Source: Sedimentisphaerales bacterium
GTDB taxonomy: Bacteria > Planctomycetota > Phycisphaerae > Sedimentisphaerales > SM23-30
DNA: 64,000 nt
Assembly (NCBI GenBank): GCA_963666285.1
Contig: OY762711.1
Direction: 5' to 3' (one strand)
The notes below the pieces were generated by a model. The model ran no database searches and was not told where the DNA came from. It saw only the letters and a program-made list of their open reading frames with translations. Both the position numbers and the translations under genes were made by a program. Below are positions 1 through 9,844 of the stretch, piece by piece. Numbering within the stretch: the stretch's first letter is position 1; each line of letters starts with the position of its first letter.

Positions 1-973
1 TCAACAAGCGTCCGAGGCAACCGTTGAAAAGAAAGAGGAAAAAATAGCGATAACTTCCTTATGCAAAGCTGTTGGCATGAGTCGTCAGAATTATTATAAA
101 TCACATAAAGTTCGGCGCAGGCGGCACTATGAAAAAGACCTGATAATATCTTTGGCCAGGCTGGAAAGATCATTGCAGCCTGAGATGGGTTGCAGAAAGG
201 TTTTGAAGCGTATAAAGCCCAAACTGGCAAAAGCCGGTATTAGTATAGGGCGAGATAGATTTTATGAAACGATGTCAGAAGCAGATATGTTGATAGAGCG
301 TAAAAAGCGAAGTGTGACAACGACAGACAGTCGTCATAACTTTAAGACTTATAAGAATATACTGAAAGATGAAGAGCTTACAGGAGCCAATCAGGCCCTG
401 GTAAGTGATATAACGTACATATATACAGATGAAGGATTTATGTATCTGTCGTTGATAATGGATGCATTTAGTCGCAAGATAGTTGGCTATGACTGTAGTG
501 ATAGTTTGGAAGCAGAAGGTTGTTTGCGTGCATTAACAAAGGCGATAAAGCAATTGCCCAAAGGTAGTAATACGATACATCATTCAGATCGTGGCAGTCA
601 GTATTGCTGCCATAGATATATAGATAAGCTTAAAAGAAATGGGCTGCGAGTTAGTATGACCGAAGATAATCATTGTTATGAGAATGCCCAGGCCGAGAGG
701 TTAAACGGTATATTGAAGCACGAGTATGGATTGAAGAATACGTTTAAGAAAAAAGCTCATGTTCATGCTGCGGTTAAACAGGCGATAGAACTGTATAATA
801 CCTGTCGTCCACATTTTGCTTTGGGATATCGTGTGCCTGAGGAAGTGCATATGGCGGCGTGATATATTCCTCCGTTCCGGTCGCCCTTCGGGCTCCCTGC
901 ACTACGGAATATATCATCAAAAAACAATAGTAAATAGAAACGGAAAGTGACAACTTTAAATCAGGACTTGACA
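1..973 (+). mobile_element. IS3-family insertion sequence, copy 1 (left part outside window)
   Basis: Matches 45912..46884 as far as read; ends in right IR ...GTGACAACTTTAAATCAGGACTTGACA at 973; encodes DDE OrfB. Confidence 0.93.
77..862 (+). CDS. IS3-family transposase OrfB (rve/DDE integrase core)
   Basis: Motifs VSDITY, HHSDRGSQY, ENAQAERLNGILK, YNTCRPH. Confidence 0.93.
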   Translation: MSRQNYYKSHKVRRRRHYEKDLIISLARLERSLQPEMGCRKVLKRIKPKLAKAGISIGRDRFYETMSEADMLIERKKRSVTTTDSRHNFKTYKNILKDEELTGANQALVSDITYIYTDEGFMYLSLIMDAFSRKIVGYDCSDSLEAEGCLRALTKAIKQLPKGSNTIHHSDRGSQYCCHRYIDKLKRNGLRVSMTEDNHCYENAQAERLNGILKHEYGLKNTFKKKAHVHAAVKQAIELYNTCRPHFALGYRVPEEVHMAA

Positions 974-1062
974 GTAGTTTATGAGTGTTATGCTAAGATG
1001 TTTTGATGGAAGATAATAATTAAAGATACAACTGGAAGGTCCTTTTTTGCATTTATTACATC

Positions 1063-1620
1063 GTGAAAACTTTGAAAGAAAAGTTATATATTATGAACAC
1101 AAATGACTTAGATGAAATATTTATTACTCTTTTGGCTGAGAATCAAAGGAAAATATATTCTTACATTTTGTCTGCGGTGAGTAGGCGTAATGTTGCTGAT
1201 GATATTATGCAGCAAACCCTTCTTCTTTTATGGCGTAATTTTTCGCGATATGAGGCTGGAACAAATTTTGCTGCCTGGGCAAAAGAAATAGCAAAGTACG
1301 AAATCTTTAATTACCGGAAAAAGAAAGCAAAAGATTGTATATTAGATTATGACGCTCTTGAGAAGGTTATGGAAGCTTCAGTAGAACTTGTGAAAACTTC
1401 AGATATGCGTATTGATGCACTCGAAGGTTGTCTTAAGAAACTGAGTGAAAAAAATCGTTCTCTGATTAATTATCGTTATTATGAGGGATTTTCTTGCCGG
1501 AAAATATCAAAAGAGTTTAATTGCCCTGTTTCTACAATATATAAAACATTTGCCCGTATGCACACTTCTCTTCATGAATGTGTTCGCCGAACAATGGATA
1601 TTTGGGAGGCTCAGTCATGA
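1063..1620 (+). CDS. ECF sigma-70 factor (Planctomycete/Verrucomicrobia type); start may be ATG 1093
   Basis: Region 2 (ADDIMQQT..LW...F.AW) and region 4 (ALEGCLKKL..RY.EG..I...STIYK). Confidence 0.88.
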   Translation: MKTLKEKLYIMNTNDLDEIFITLLAENQRKIYSYILSAVSRRNVADDIMQQTLLLLWRNFSRYEAGTNFAAWAKEIAKYEIFNYRKKKAKDCILDYDALEKVMEASVELVKTSDMRIDALEGCLKKLSEKNRSLINYRYYEGFSCRKISKEFNCPVSTIYKTFARMHTSLHECVRRTMDIWEAQS

Positions 1621-3200
1621 TGGACACTGAAGAAAAAAATAAATTCTTTGAACTTTTGACCAAAGCTTTTGAAGGTCAAATAAGTAGTGAAGAGGTTAGG
1701 GTTTTAAACGATTGTATCAAAAATACACAAGGAGCTGCAAAATGTTATATTGAATTCTTTGATGATGTGACGAGTTTGATGGATATTAACCTTAGTTCAG
1801 TCAGTACCGAACCAGATGATATGAGCAATGTTTTGCAGGATTTGGTAGAGTACGAAAAAAAATCTCCTACTATTCCTCATGTTTGTGAAGGCGAATATGT
1901 TGAGGGTAATGATCCTAAAACTTTAGAAAACAATGTACAAAGTGAATTTGAGTTAAAAAGAACAAACAAGTTCTTTATAATATTTGACAAACTTGTATAT
2001 ATAGCTGCTATATTTATGATTATATTTGTCATTTATGCTAATGTTTTTCCTCCCCAATTATCTGTACAGGTTGCGACAGTACAAGACCAAATGGATGTGG
2101 TATGGAATACCTCATCCGTCAAATTAACAAATGGAGAACAAATATTCGCTAATCAGCGTCCTTATAAATTGGATAAAGGTATAATTCAATTTTCCTATGA
2201 ACATGGTGTTAATGTTTTAGTGGAAGCGCCCGCAGAATTTATAATTCCCGCACAAAATCAAATTGTAATGAATTTAGGCAGGACTTTTGTATCTGTGCCT
2301 GAGTCGTCTATTGGTTTCGAAGTAAACACTCCGTGTGCCAAAATCGTAGATCTTGGCACTGAATTCGGAGTAGGAGTGGATATTCGAAATACAGTGAGAA
2401 CCATTGTGTATAAAGGTAAAGTTGAAATGTCTATACCACCAGAGCAGGCAAATCCAGGAAAATTTCTGATTGTGAAAGGTCAGCTTGGCGTCTTAGAAAA
2501 GCATGGACAACTATCTATTACTGAAATTTCTCCGAACTATAGTGAGTTTGCTTGCGGTATGAATGACTATCAATCTGGTTTATCGCTTTTAGATCGTAAC
2601 CTTATAACTAATGGTGATTTTGAACAGGATAGAGTAGTTTACGAATCATTGGATATTGATTCAATTAAATTGAGTAATAATAATATTAGTATTGCAGGTT
2701 GGCAGGACACCACACCTGCCACAATCAATACTTATGCCACTTTTGGCACTGGGGAAATAGATGCATCAGAAAGGGCGGCTATTCCGGTTCCATCTCAAAA
2801 GGGAAACAATTTCTTTGACGGACATAAGTCCTGTACCATTACCCAGGAAATTGATCTGGAGGATATATCGTATAAAATTAATAGAAGCGAGGTTAACTAC
2901 GAATTATCAGGCTGGGTTGGCGGTTGGCACAGACAAGAAGACACACTTGAATTCTCTGCTTCATATCTGGATAACTCTGGTCGGCTGATTGAAATTGCTA
3001 CTATCAGATCATTGACGGCAAGTGAGCGAAATAACAAAACCTGCTTTGTTAAGCGATCTGAAAAAGGACCATTGCCAGAGGGTGTTAGAAAAATCATTAT
3101 CAGCCTTACTACAAAACTCATAGAAGGAGAAACAGCCGATGCTTATGCAGATAATCTGGAATTTATTTTGTCTGACAATAATATTGCTTCACGAAGATAA
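1617..3200 (+). CDS. FecR-domain anti-sigma factor with TM helix and C-terminal carbohydrate-binding-like jelly-roll domain
   Basis: ATGA overlap with sigma stop; TM segment; FecR motif GFEVNTPCAKIVDLGTEFGV; C-terminal NLITNGDFE...ADAYADNL domain. Confidence 0.8.
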   Translation: MMDTEEKNKFFELLTKAFEGQISSEEVRVLNDCIKNTQGAAKCYIEFFDDVTSLMDINLSSVSTEPDDMSNVLQDLVEYEKKSPTIPHVCEGEYVEGNDPKTLENNVQSEFELKRTNKFFIIFDKLVYIAAIFMIIFVIYANVFPPQLSVQVATVQDQMDVVWNTSSVKLTNGEQIFANQRPYKLDKGIIQFSYEHGVNVLVEAPAEFIIPAQNQIVMNLGRTFVSVPESSIGFEVNTPCAKIVDLGTEFGVGVDIRNTVRTIVYKGKVEMSIPPEQANPGKFLIVKGQLGVLEKHGQLSITEISPNYSEFACGMNDYQSGLSLLDRNLITNGDFEQDRVVYESLDIDSIKLSNNNISIAGWQDTTPATINTYATFGTGEIDASERAAIPVPSQKGNNFFDGHKSCTITQEIDLEDISYKINRSEVNYELSGWVGGWHRQEDTLEFSASYLDNSGRLIEIATIRSLTASERNNKTCFVKRSEKGPLPEGVRKIIISLTTKLIEGETADAYADNLEFILSDNNIASRR

Positions 3201-3415
3201 AAAGAATGTGAGATACATTATTTATCGTACATATTATTTTCAGATGATAAGTTTTTGGATTATTTACTGATTTTTCTGATCGATTATCGTGAAAGTCAGT
3301 TTTGTGATTGCTTGTTTATTTGATAGTTGTAGCTAGAAAGCATTTATATTTGTATAATTTTTCACAGGTGTTTGTGGAAAATATAAACAGTGGATATTTT
3401 TTAAGGAGAAGGTAA

Positions 3416-5488
3416 ATGAAAAAAAATTGTATTTTAATTGGTATATTAGCTATTGTGTCGGTAGCTCATGCGGAACTGGTGGGAATATGGGAATTTGATG
3501 ATGCCAGTAACCTGAACATGGCAACCATTGGACCGGATCTGTATCTTACAGGCAGTCAAACTGCAGTAGAAGGTGTTAATGCAAATGACGGTGCCGTACA
3601 AATCGACCCGGGAAGTTATTATACTTTAATTCACGGCATGGAAGGTAATGGCGGTGGTAATTATGTCAATGAGTGGACATTGATCTTTGATATCAAAGTG
3701 CCTTTGACCAATAAATACAGCTCGTTATTGCAAACAAGTATTTCAAACAACGACGATGCCGATGTTTTTATAAAAAAGAATGCTGATAGCACTAATCCCG
3801 TTACGGGCCACTTTGGTGTGGGCGATACAGGCTATGCATTAGACCGGGTAGTCGCCAACACATGGTGTCGTTTAGCAATTCGTGTTGATAACGGCAGCTT
3901 TTATGAGCTTTGGGTTGATGGTGAACGAGTATTGTTGAGTGGAAATGTCCAGGCAGTTGACGGTCGTTACTCATTGCGTCCGGAAGTGCTGTTTTTTACC
4001 GACGATGATGGAGAAGAGGATACCGTGTATGTGTCTGCAATAGCTCTCTACGACACTGCAATTCCAACCGCTGAACTTCAGGCAATGGGCGCTGCTGCAA
4101 ACCCTCTGCGTCCATGTGCAAAAATTATTTCACCTAAAAACAACGCGACCGGAGTTGCAACAGATGCTACTTTGAATTGGTCCTCACCATACGATAATTA
4201 TTCCTTCGATGTATATTTGGGAACAGAAGAACCTAATGCATACGCGGCAAATTATGGCACTTCGTTTACCAAACTAAATGGTTCAACTAAACTGATTGCA
4301 ACTAGTATGTCAGTTCCATATGCCCTGAATAATTCTACAAAATATTACTGGGTTGTAGATTCATTTGCACCTGGTAGTGACACTCCATATCAAGGTGACC
4401 CATGGGCGTTTACAACCATTCCGTTTGATACTGCTCCTGTGGTAACAAAAAGTAGCAACTATATTACCTGGTTTGATATTATGCCTCAAAGTGTTCAAGC
4501 CTCTATTGATGATAACGGTGAGAATGATGTATCTGATGCCGGCATTGTATGGACAATTGAAACTTTCCCCGGAGCTCCAACTGACCAGACTGCTAGAGCC
4601 TTCAATCGCGGTATGACCGGTGCTAATGCCTTGGCATTAAATGAGCTGGGTTATGATCCGAATGCTTTATCTGATTCGATTGGCTGTGATGCTCGTTCTG
4701 ACAACCTGGGTAACCCGCTTGTATTTGTTATCAGCGGTCTTCCGGCAGGAGAATATACCTGTACAACAATGCATCATGATTATAATGACCAGACAGGGCT
4801 GTTCAATGTTTATGTTAACGATGTTCAAGTTGCTGCTGATGTCGATGCTTCAGCTGGAACTCAAACTCCAACTGAATTTTCCACTGTAATCTCTTCTGAT
4901 GGCTCAAACCCGATTAAGCTGATCTTCGAAGAAGTAAATATTACTGGTAGCGGTATTGGAATCCTGCTTGTAAATACTATGACTATTACCAATGGTGTAA
5001 ATACTATGAATGTTGATTTTGGTACTGCAACTTCTAATGTAGCTACAGGCTATCAGGCATATATTGCTTCTGATAGAATCCTGGAAACATTCACTGCTCA
5101 GGATTTTACCTTTGGCTCCGCTACTGTGACAATTAAGCCGGAATTTGGACCTGGTAAAGCTGGCTGGATTGATGCTGATCTGGTAAAAACCAGCACTGAT
5201 ATTCATCTTTCAACTGCAGCTTTTTCTACCAGTTTTACTGGTACATATATTATTAAAGTATCTGTGACTGATGACGCTGTCTATGGTCCTGAAGCTATGA
5301 CCGGGGCTGATGAAATTGTTATCCAGGTTGTGGAAAATGCCTGTGAGGCTGCTCAGAAATCTGACAACTGGGAAGGTTTTAACACCTATGATGCGAATAA
5401 TGACTGTAGTGTTAATCTGCTTGATTTTGCTGAATTCGCAGTCAATTGGCTGACAGACTCAAGTATGACAGAGGCTGTGACTTACTAA
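3416..5488 (+). CDS. Secreted multidomain protein (LamG-like, Ig/PKD-like, dockerin-like C-terminus)
   Basis: AAGGAG RBS; signal peptide; LVGIWEFD LamG-like start; YYWVVD..GDPWAFTT; DANNDCSVNLLDFAEFAVNWL. Confidence 0.75.
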   Translation: MKKNCILIGILAIVSVAHAELVGIWEFDDASNLNMATIGPDLYLTGSQTAVEGVNANDGAVQIDPGSYYTLIHGMEGNGGGNYVNEWTLIFDIKVPLTNKYSSLLQTSISNNDDADVFIKKNADSTNPVTGHFGVGDTGYALDRVVANTWCRLAIRVDNGSFYELWVDGERVLLSGNVQAVDGRYSLRPEVLFFTDDDGEEDTVYVSAIALYDTAIPTAELQAMGAAANPLRPCAKIISPKNNATGVATDATLNWSSPYDNYSFDVYLGTEEPNAYAANYGTSFTKLNGSTKLIATSMSVPYALNNSTKYYWVVDSFAPGSDTPYQGDPWAFTTIPFDTAPVVTKSSNYITWFDIMPQSVQASIDDNGENDVSDAGIVWTIETFPGAPTDQTARAFNRGMTGANALALNELGYDPNALSDSIGCDARSDNLGNPLVFVISGLPAGEYTCTTMHHDYNDQTGLFNVYVNDVQVAADVDASAGTQTPTEFSTVISSDGSNPIKLIFEEVNITGSGIGILLVNTMTITNGVNTMNVDFGTATSNVATGYQAYIASDRILETFTAQDFTFGSATVTIKPEFGPGKAGWIDADLVKTSTDIHLSTAAFSTSFTGTYIIKVSVTDDAVYGPEAMTGADEIVIQVVENACEAAQKSDNWEGFNTYDANNDCSVNLLDFAEFAVNWLTDSSMTEAVTY

Positions 5489-5518
5489 TAATTTTAAGTT
5501 ATCTTAATTGTTTTTTCA

Positions 5519-5567
5519 TAAGTAAAGTGTATCCTATAAAGAGGTATATACTTTACTTATTTTTTTT
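5519..5567 (+). terminator. Intrinsic terminator
   Basis: TAAGTAAAGTGTAT...ATATACTTTACTTA stem then T run. Confidence 0.75.
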
Positions 5568-5714
5568 GTATATAGTTTGAATTGCTTAATAGGCATTTAT
5601 GTGTGTCACGTAGATAAGCTTAGCTCTGACTTTCTGGAGTTATCTCTTATCATGTTCTGTAAGTGATGGAGGTTTGGCCCTCCACTGTTGGCTGACAGTA
5701 GCAGGCGGCAAATC

Positions 5715-5804
5715 GTCCTCCCCAAAATAAATCTGAGATGTAGTTCACCTGGAATTTATGATTATGCGAAAGAAATTTGCTCTTTGAATAGTTGATCTTG
5801 CCAG
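5715..5804. repeat. Imperfect ~90-bp direct repeat, copy 1 (partner 9683..9773)
   Basis: Shared GTC.TCCC.AAAA, AATCTGAG, TTTATGA.TAT.CGA.A.AAATT.GCTCTTTGAA.AGTTGAT.TTGCCAG. Confidence 0.75.
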
Positions 5805-6069
5805 CAAAAACAAGTGAAAACTTTTGAAAAATGCCGAGATACAGCTCAAATTTGCCTGATGGTGAGATATGTCTTGGATTGGCAAAGAATGAGTGGGAAA
5901 ATTATATGTTATTGTGATTCCTGTGTATGACTGCTATTAATGACTTGATTTTTATAAGTATAAGAGTAATATCTATCCTGGTAAAAGAGACTTAGATGGA
6001 TTTTCTATTGTGTCGTTATTATTTCAAAAAATTACTGTTTTTAGCTTGTATATGTGTGCCCGACTATAA

Positions 6070-6252
6070 ATGATGCAGATAAATGTAAATGATTTTCCGA
6101 CAACTAGATATCAAGGGAGTAAAAGGAAACTTATACCTTGGATCTATAAATACATTTCAAAATTAGAGTTTCATTCGGCTTTGGATGTGTTTGGTGGTAC
6201 CGGATGTGTTCAAGATACTTTTAAAAGTGTCTATTCCAGGAAAGAAGTTTAA
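6070..6252 (+). pseudogene. N-terminal fragment of a D12-class N6-adenine DNA methyltransferase
   Basis: RYQGSKRKLIPWI...LDVFGGTGCV (motifs X and I), then stop; no DPPY motif. Confidence 0.8.
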
Positions 6253-6693
6253 ATGAAAAATATTGAAGAAGTAAAAGCCTATATTACTGTTATATCAAGC
6301 ATTATCTCTGATTTACATCAGAATGACGAATTTCAGGAACAAATGACATCCTTGCGAATGATTGAATGTGAGGAAGAATTCAAGGGAGAGGATACAAGCA
6401 ATCATGTCTTTGATTATTTTGAATTGCATTCAATGGATATAGTTGGGTGTGCATCATGGGCTGAAAGTATGAAAAATAAAGTTGATGATTTAGAAAGTAA
6501 AATAAAAATTTTAAAAAGCTATTCTTTGTTTAATCAACCTAAGCTAATGGAATGGATTGTAAAAAATAAAGATAAATATCCAAAGTATGTCCAAAGTCAA
6601 TTATTGATAGACTATATTGGTCGTATTACACTTGACTTGTTTTTAGCATATCAAGAAGGCTTAAGTGATAGAAATGCCGTAATAGGCGAATAA
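6253..6693 (+). CDS. Hypothetical protein
   Basis: 146-aa ORF abutting the previous stop, purine-rich upstream. Confidence 0.6.
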   Translation: MKNIEEVKAYITVISSIISDLHQNDEFQEQMTSLRMIECEEEFKGEDTSNHVFDYFELHSMDIVGCASWAESMKNKVDDLESKIKILKSYSLFNQPKLMEWIVKNKDKYPKYVQSQLLIDYIGRITLDLFLAYQEGLSDRNAVIGE

Positions 6694-6948
6694 GTATCCG
6701 AATCTAAATGTTTTTCATCTGGCGTAAACTCTTTACAAGGGTGGAATGAGACATTGATAGAATTTTTTAATAAAGGAGCTCCATATTATGAGGATGTAGA
6801 TATCAATAAATCAAATGATGTCGGTTATAGCTATTCAAGTAAAACACATGTATGGTTACAAAGTAATGAGTTCTTGGATTGGGCAAAAATTGCTCAATTG
6901 GTGTTTGATAAGCGTAATTTTGAAGCAAAACTTAGGGAAAATCAATAA
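6694..6948 (+). other. Open frame with no ATG start (orphan C-terminal fragment, or continuation of the 6253 ORF past TAA)
   Basis: Frame is open from 6694, in phase with 6253..6693; TAATG coupling to the next gene. Confidence 0.4.
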
Positions 6949-7764
6949 TGAAATACGGTACAGTGATAATGTTGTTCTTAGTATTTGTGATACAATCAGC
7001 TCAAATAAAAGGCGAATATTTTAATGTTGAAAAAGATATAGAAAGTTATTCACATGTAAATGTATATATTTCGCCGCTAAAGATTGATAAAGTTGGTAAA
7101 AAAATATTATATTACAAACTATTGGAAAATACTTATGAAAATAGAAACATGATGAGGAATTTTACTTCGATAGAAACTATTGAAAATTATTGCATTACTA
7201 TTACGGAACATTATATAGGCAGTCCTTTTTCTATAAAAATAAAATCAATTTATACAAATGATGTACATCCTGTTTTAGGGAAGTATAGCTTTCTTAAATT
7301 GCCATCTAATAGTAGTATTATTGATATTACATGTAATATTAGTGGTTTCAAAGGTGATAATACGGAAAATCATTATTACGTATTAAAACATCCTTCAGGG
7401 TATTTACCGATGAAAGGCTGGCTGTTTGATGTGATCTACTATGATTGGGATATTAGTGAAAATCATTTTTTTGAGTTTGTGAATGTGTACTGGTTCAGCG
7501 TGAACTGGACAAATCCGTTTCCAATTTAATAGACTTTACGTCTTGATTTTAACAACATGTTTTGCCTTCGGCAAGGCTTTATTTTACAGGTTTTTTAAGG
7601 CATTACAAAGCTCTGAATGATCTTTGAAAATGGTGGCAGCGTGCAACCACCACCATAACGACAATTCGTCGCTCAGTTCCGGCTATCCCTGGCAGGTTGC
7701 ACCTCTGCAGAGCCTGCTTCCGTTTCGCCGGACAAATGCATTATCAATTACATCATTCAAACTG

Positions 7765-8628
7765 TCAAGCTGATTTCCGTTTCTGTTTTCGGGCTGCTCT
7801 GGCTGCTTCCAGCTTCCTGTCACGTTCGGCATGGATCGCCTCGGCTCTACCCTCAAGCTTATCAATCGGAGTAATATAACCTATCGCACTATGCAACCGT
7901 TTATTATTATAATGGTCAACAAAGTCTGTTACCAGACGCCGACCATCTTCCAGAGATAACGGCGTTTTTGGTCTAATACAGGTACTTTTGATAGTTTTAT
8001 GATACCTTTCCAACTTACCATTACTCTGTGGATAATACGGCGAGGTTCTTACATGTGTCATGCCGCTGAGCCTGATATATTCCTTGAAGTCTTTCGATAT
8101 AAACTGCGGTCCATTGTCAGAGATAATCCTAGGGTTTTCATCCGGGAACTTCTCCCTGGCTTTCTGCAAAATTATCTCTACATCGTATTCTTTCATTGCT
8201 TCACGGATCTCCCAGTGAACAATATAACGGCTGTAGCCGTCCAGAATACTGCACATGTAGTAAAACGTGCCGCAAATATTGAGGTAAGATATGTCTATAT
8301 GCCAATGGTCATGAGCCTGTATCGGCTGAACAAAACCGGTGCCTTTCTTGCTGGCTTTACGGTTCCACCTGTCCATATACCCGGCATCTTTCAATACCCG
8401 ATATACGCTGGAAGGACTTACTGCTACAATATCGGCATCCATCATCATATAACACAATCTGCGATAACCTTCTTTCGAATATCGGCGGAAATAATCTATT
8501 ATCGTCTGTCTCTCGGCTTCGGTCAGCCAGAAATCTCTCGGTATCAGACCATTATGCTCGTTTTCCATGCCGTATCGCTTCTTCCAGTTATAATATTTAC
8601 TGCGGGATATGCCCAGCCACTTTATCAT
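7765..8628 (-). CDS. IS3-family transposase OrfB
   Basis: WHIDISY, ISDNGPQF, PQSNGKLER, YNNKRLHSAIGYITP; -1 frame relative to OrfA. Confidence 0.93.
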   Translation of the reverse strand: MIKWLGISRSKYYNWKKRYGMENEHNGLIPRDFWLTEAERQTIIDYFRRYSKEGYRRLCYMMMDADIVAVSPSSVYRVLKDAGYMDRWNRKASKKGTGFVQPIQAHDHWHIDISYLNICGTFYYMCSILDGYSRYIVHWEIREAMKEYDVEIILQKAREKFPDENPRIISDNGPQFISKDFKEYIRLSGMTHVRTSPYYPQSNGKLERYHKTIKSTCIRPKTPLSLEDGRRLVTDFVDHYNNKRLHSAIGYITPIDKLEGRAEAIHAERDRKLEAARAARKQKRKSA

Positions 8629-8717
8629 GACCTTGGCAACAATTTCAGTTCGGTTGGTCCAGTAGCCTACATAGTCAACTACCTGATCACGAACATCAGG
8701 TTCAGCCCAGGAACCAT

Positions 8718-9041
8718 TTAGTCCTCGCCAAGACTTTTTTTTAGCTTGATATGTGACTCCATAATCTCGGCAATTACTTCATCCTTTTGAGTTATCTTTG
8801 CCTGAAGTTGTGCATTTTGACGCTCTAATCGTTTATCATAAGGAACTTTTCGGCTCTTGGCCTGTTTTGTAAATGCCGCAGCTCCATTTTCAAAAAACTG
8901 CTTCTGCCAATTGTAAAATACATTAGGATTTAGACCGATTCGCTCGCATATCTCTGACACCGGAACGTTATCAACCAAATGCTCTTTGAGTAACTTTACC
9001 TTCTCTTCTGCTGAATAATTCTTACGCTTTGCCATGTACAT
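8718..9041 (-). CDS. IS3-family transposase OrfA (HTH)
   Basis: RKNYSAEEKVKL...VSEICERIGL...FYNWQKQF, coiled-coil, LKKSLG at slippery site. Confidence 0.9.
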   Translation of the reverse strand: MYMAKRKNYSAEEKVKLLKEHLVDNVPVSEICERIGLNPNVFYNWQKQFFENGAAAFTKQAKSRKVPYDKRLERQNAQLQAKITQKDEVIAEIMESHIKLKKSLGED

Positions 9042-9682
9042 TTCCTTTCTGCTAGACTATACTAACAATAATTCAGGAAATGTCCAATTCCAACTGAAGC
9101 AATACAAATGATAATCTGAGTAATTGTATTTTTTTTCCAGACCCTGAATTTATGGAAGAGTTTATAAGTGATCCTCTAGGTATATATATAATACCTTCAA
9201 ATGAATATGAAAGTGTTGTAAAAGAAATTATGTTAAAAATACCTGATATTCAATTTCAAAATAGTAATGTGAATAATCTGGTGGATTATCCTAAATATGA
9301 TGATGCAATAAAGGAATATCAAAACAAATATATTATCTATTTCCAAAATTCAATCTATATTTTAGATGTAATGATTGGAGATGGATTTTTAATTACTAAA
9401 ATGAATAAGTTGATGCAAGGACCGGAATATAATTCTTATCCTTTTATAAAAAAGCCTGGCCTCAATAACTCGCCTGGATTTACACCTGAAAAATGGTACG
9501 AAGGTAGAAAAAAACTATTAGATAAATATCATAATAACAATACCTTTGAAGATGTGATCTTGGAGATTCTAAAAAAACACGATATTCGTAAAGAAAAAAG
9601 TAGAAAAGATTTTCAATAGTGACTGTCGCGTAATGTGCAAATAATCATCTGGTTGCAAATAGTTGAATTCTAATAGGTTTGT

Positions 9683-9773
9683 GTCTTCCCTAAAAACTAA
9701 TCTGAGGTAAAAATAGCTTTGTTTTTATGAATATTCGATATAAATTAGCTCTTTGAAAAGTTGATATTGCCAG
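9683..9773. repeat. Imperfect ~90-bp direct repeat, copy 2
   Basis: Aligns by eye with 5715..5804. Confidence 0.75.
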
Positions 9774-9844
9774 TGGAAGCTAGAGAAAATAATGAAAGAC
9801 AATATTTTTACGTTCTGTTCGCCATCTTTAATGGTCGTCTTAAA

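Larger units (their letters stand above)
7486..9106 (-). mobile_element. IS3-family insertion sequence (1621 bp), distinct from copies 1/2
   Basis: IRs TGTACTGGTTCAGCGTGAACTGGACA and TGTATTGCTTCAGTTGGAATTGGACA; 4-bp TSD AATG at 7482-7485 and 9107-9110; A8G slippery site at 8734-8742. Confidence 0.93.
6948..9619 (+). pseudogene. Secreted hypothetical protein (~348 aa) interrupted by IS at 7486..9106
   Basis: Signal peptide; removing the IS and one AATG joins 6948..7481 in frame to 9107..9619, including the 9152 ORF. Confidence 0.88.

Noticed and set aside
5643..5745. SAM-I riboswitch (CTCTTATC...TGGAGG..TGGCCC resemblance)
   Set aside because: Lacks the AGAG after ATC, the GCAACC and GTGC..ATTCC core and the closing P1 strand; no sulfur-metabolism gene downstream
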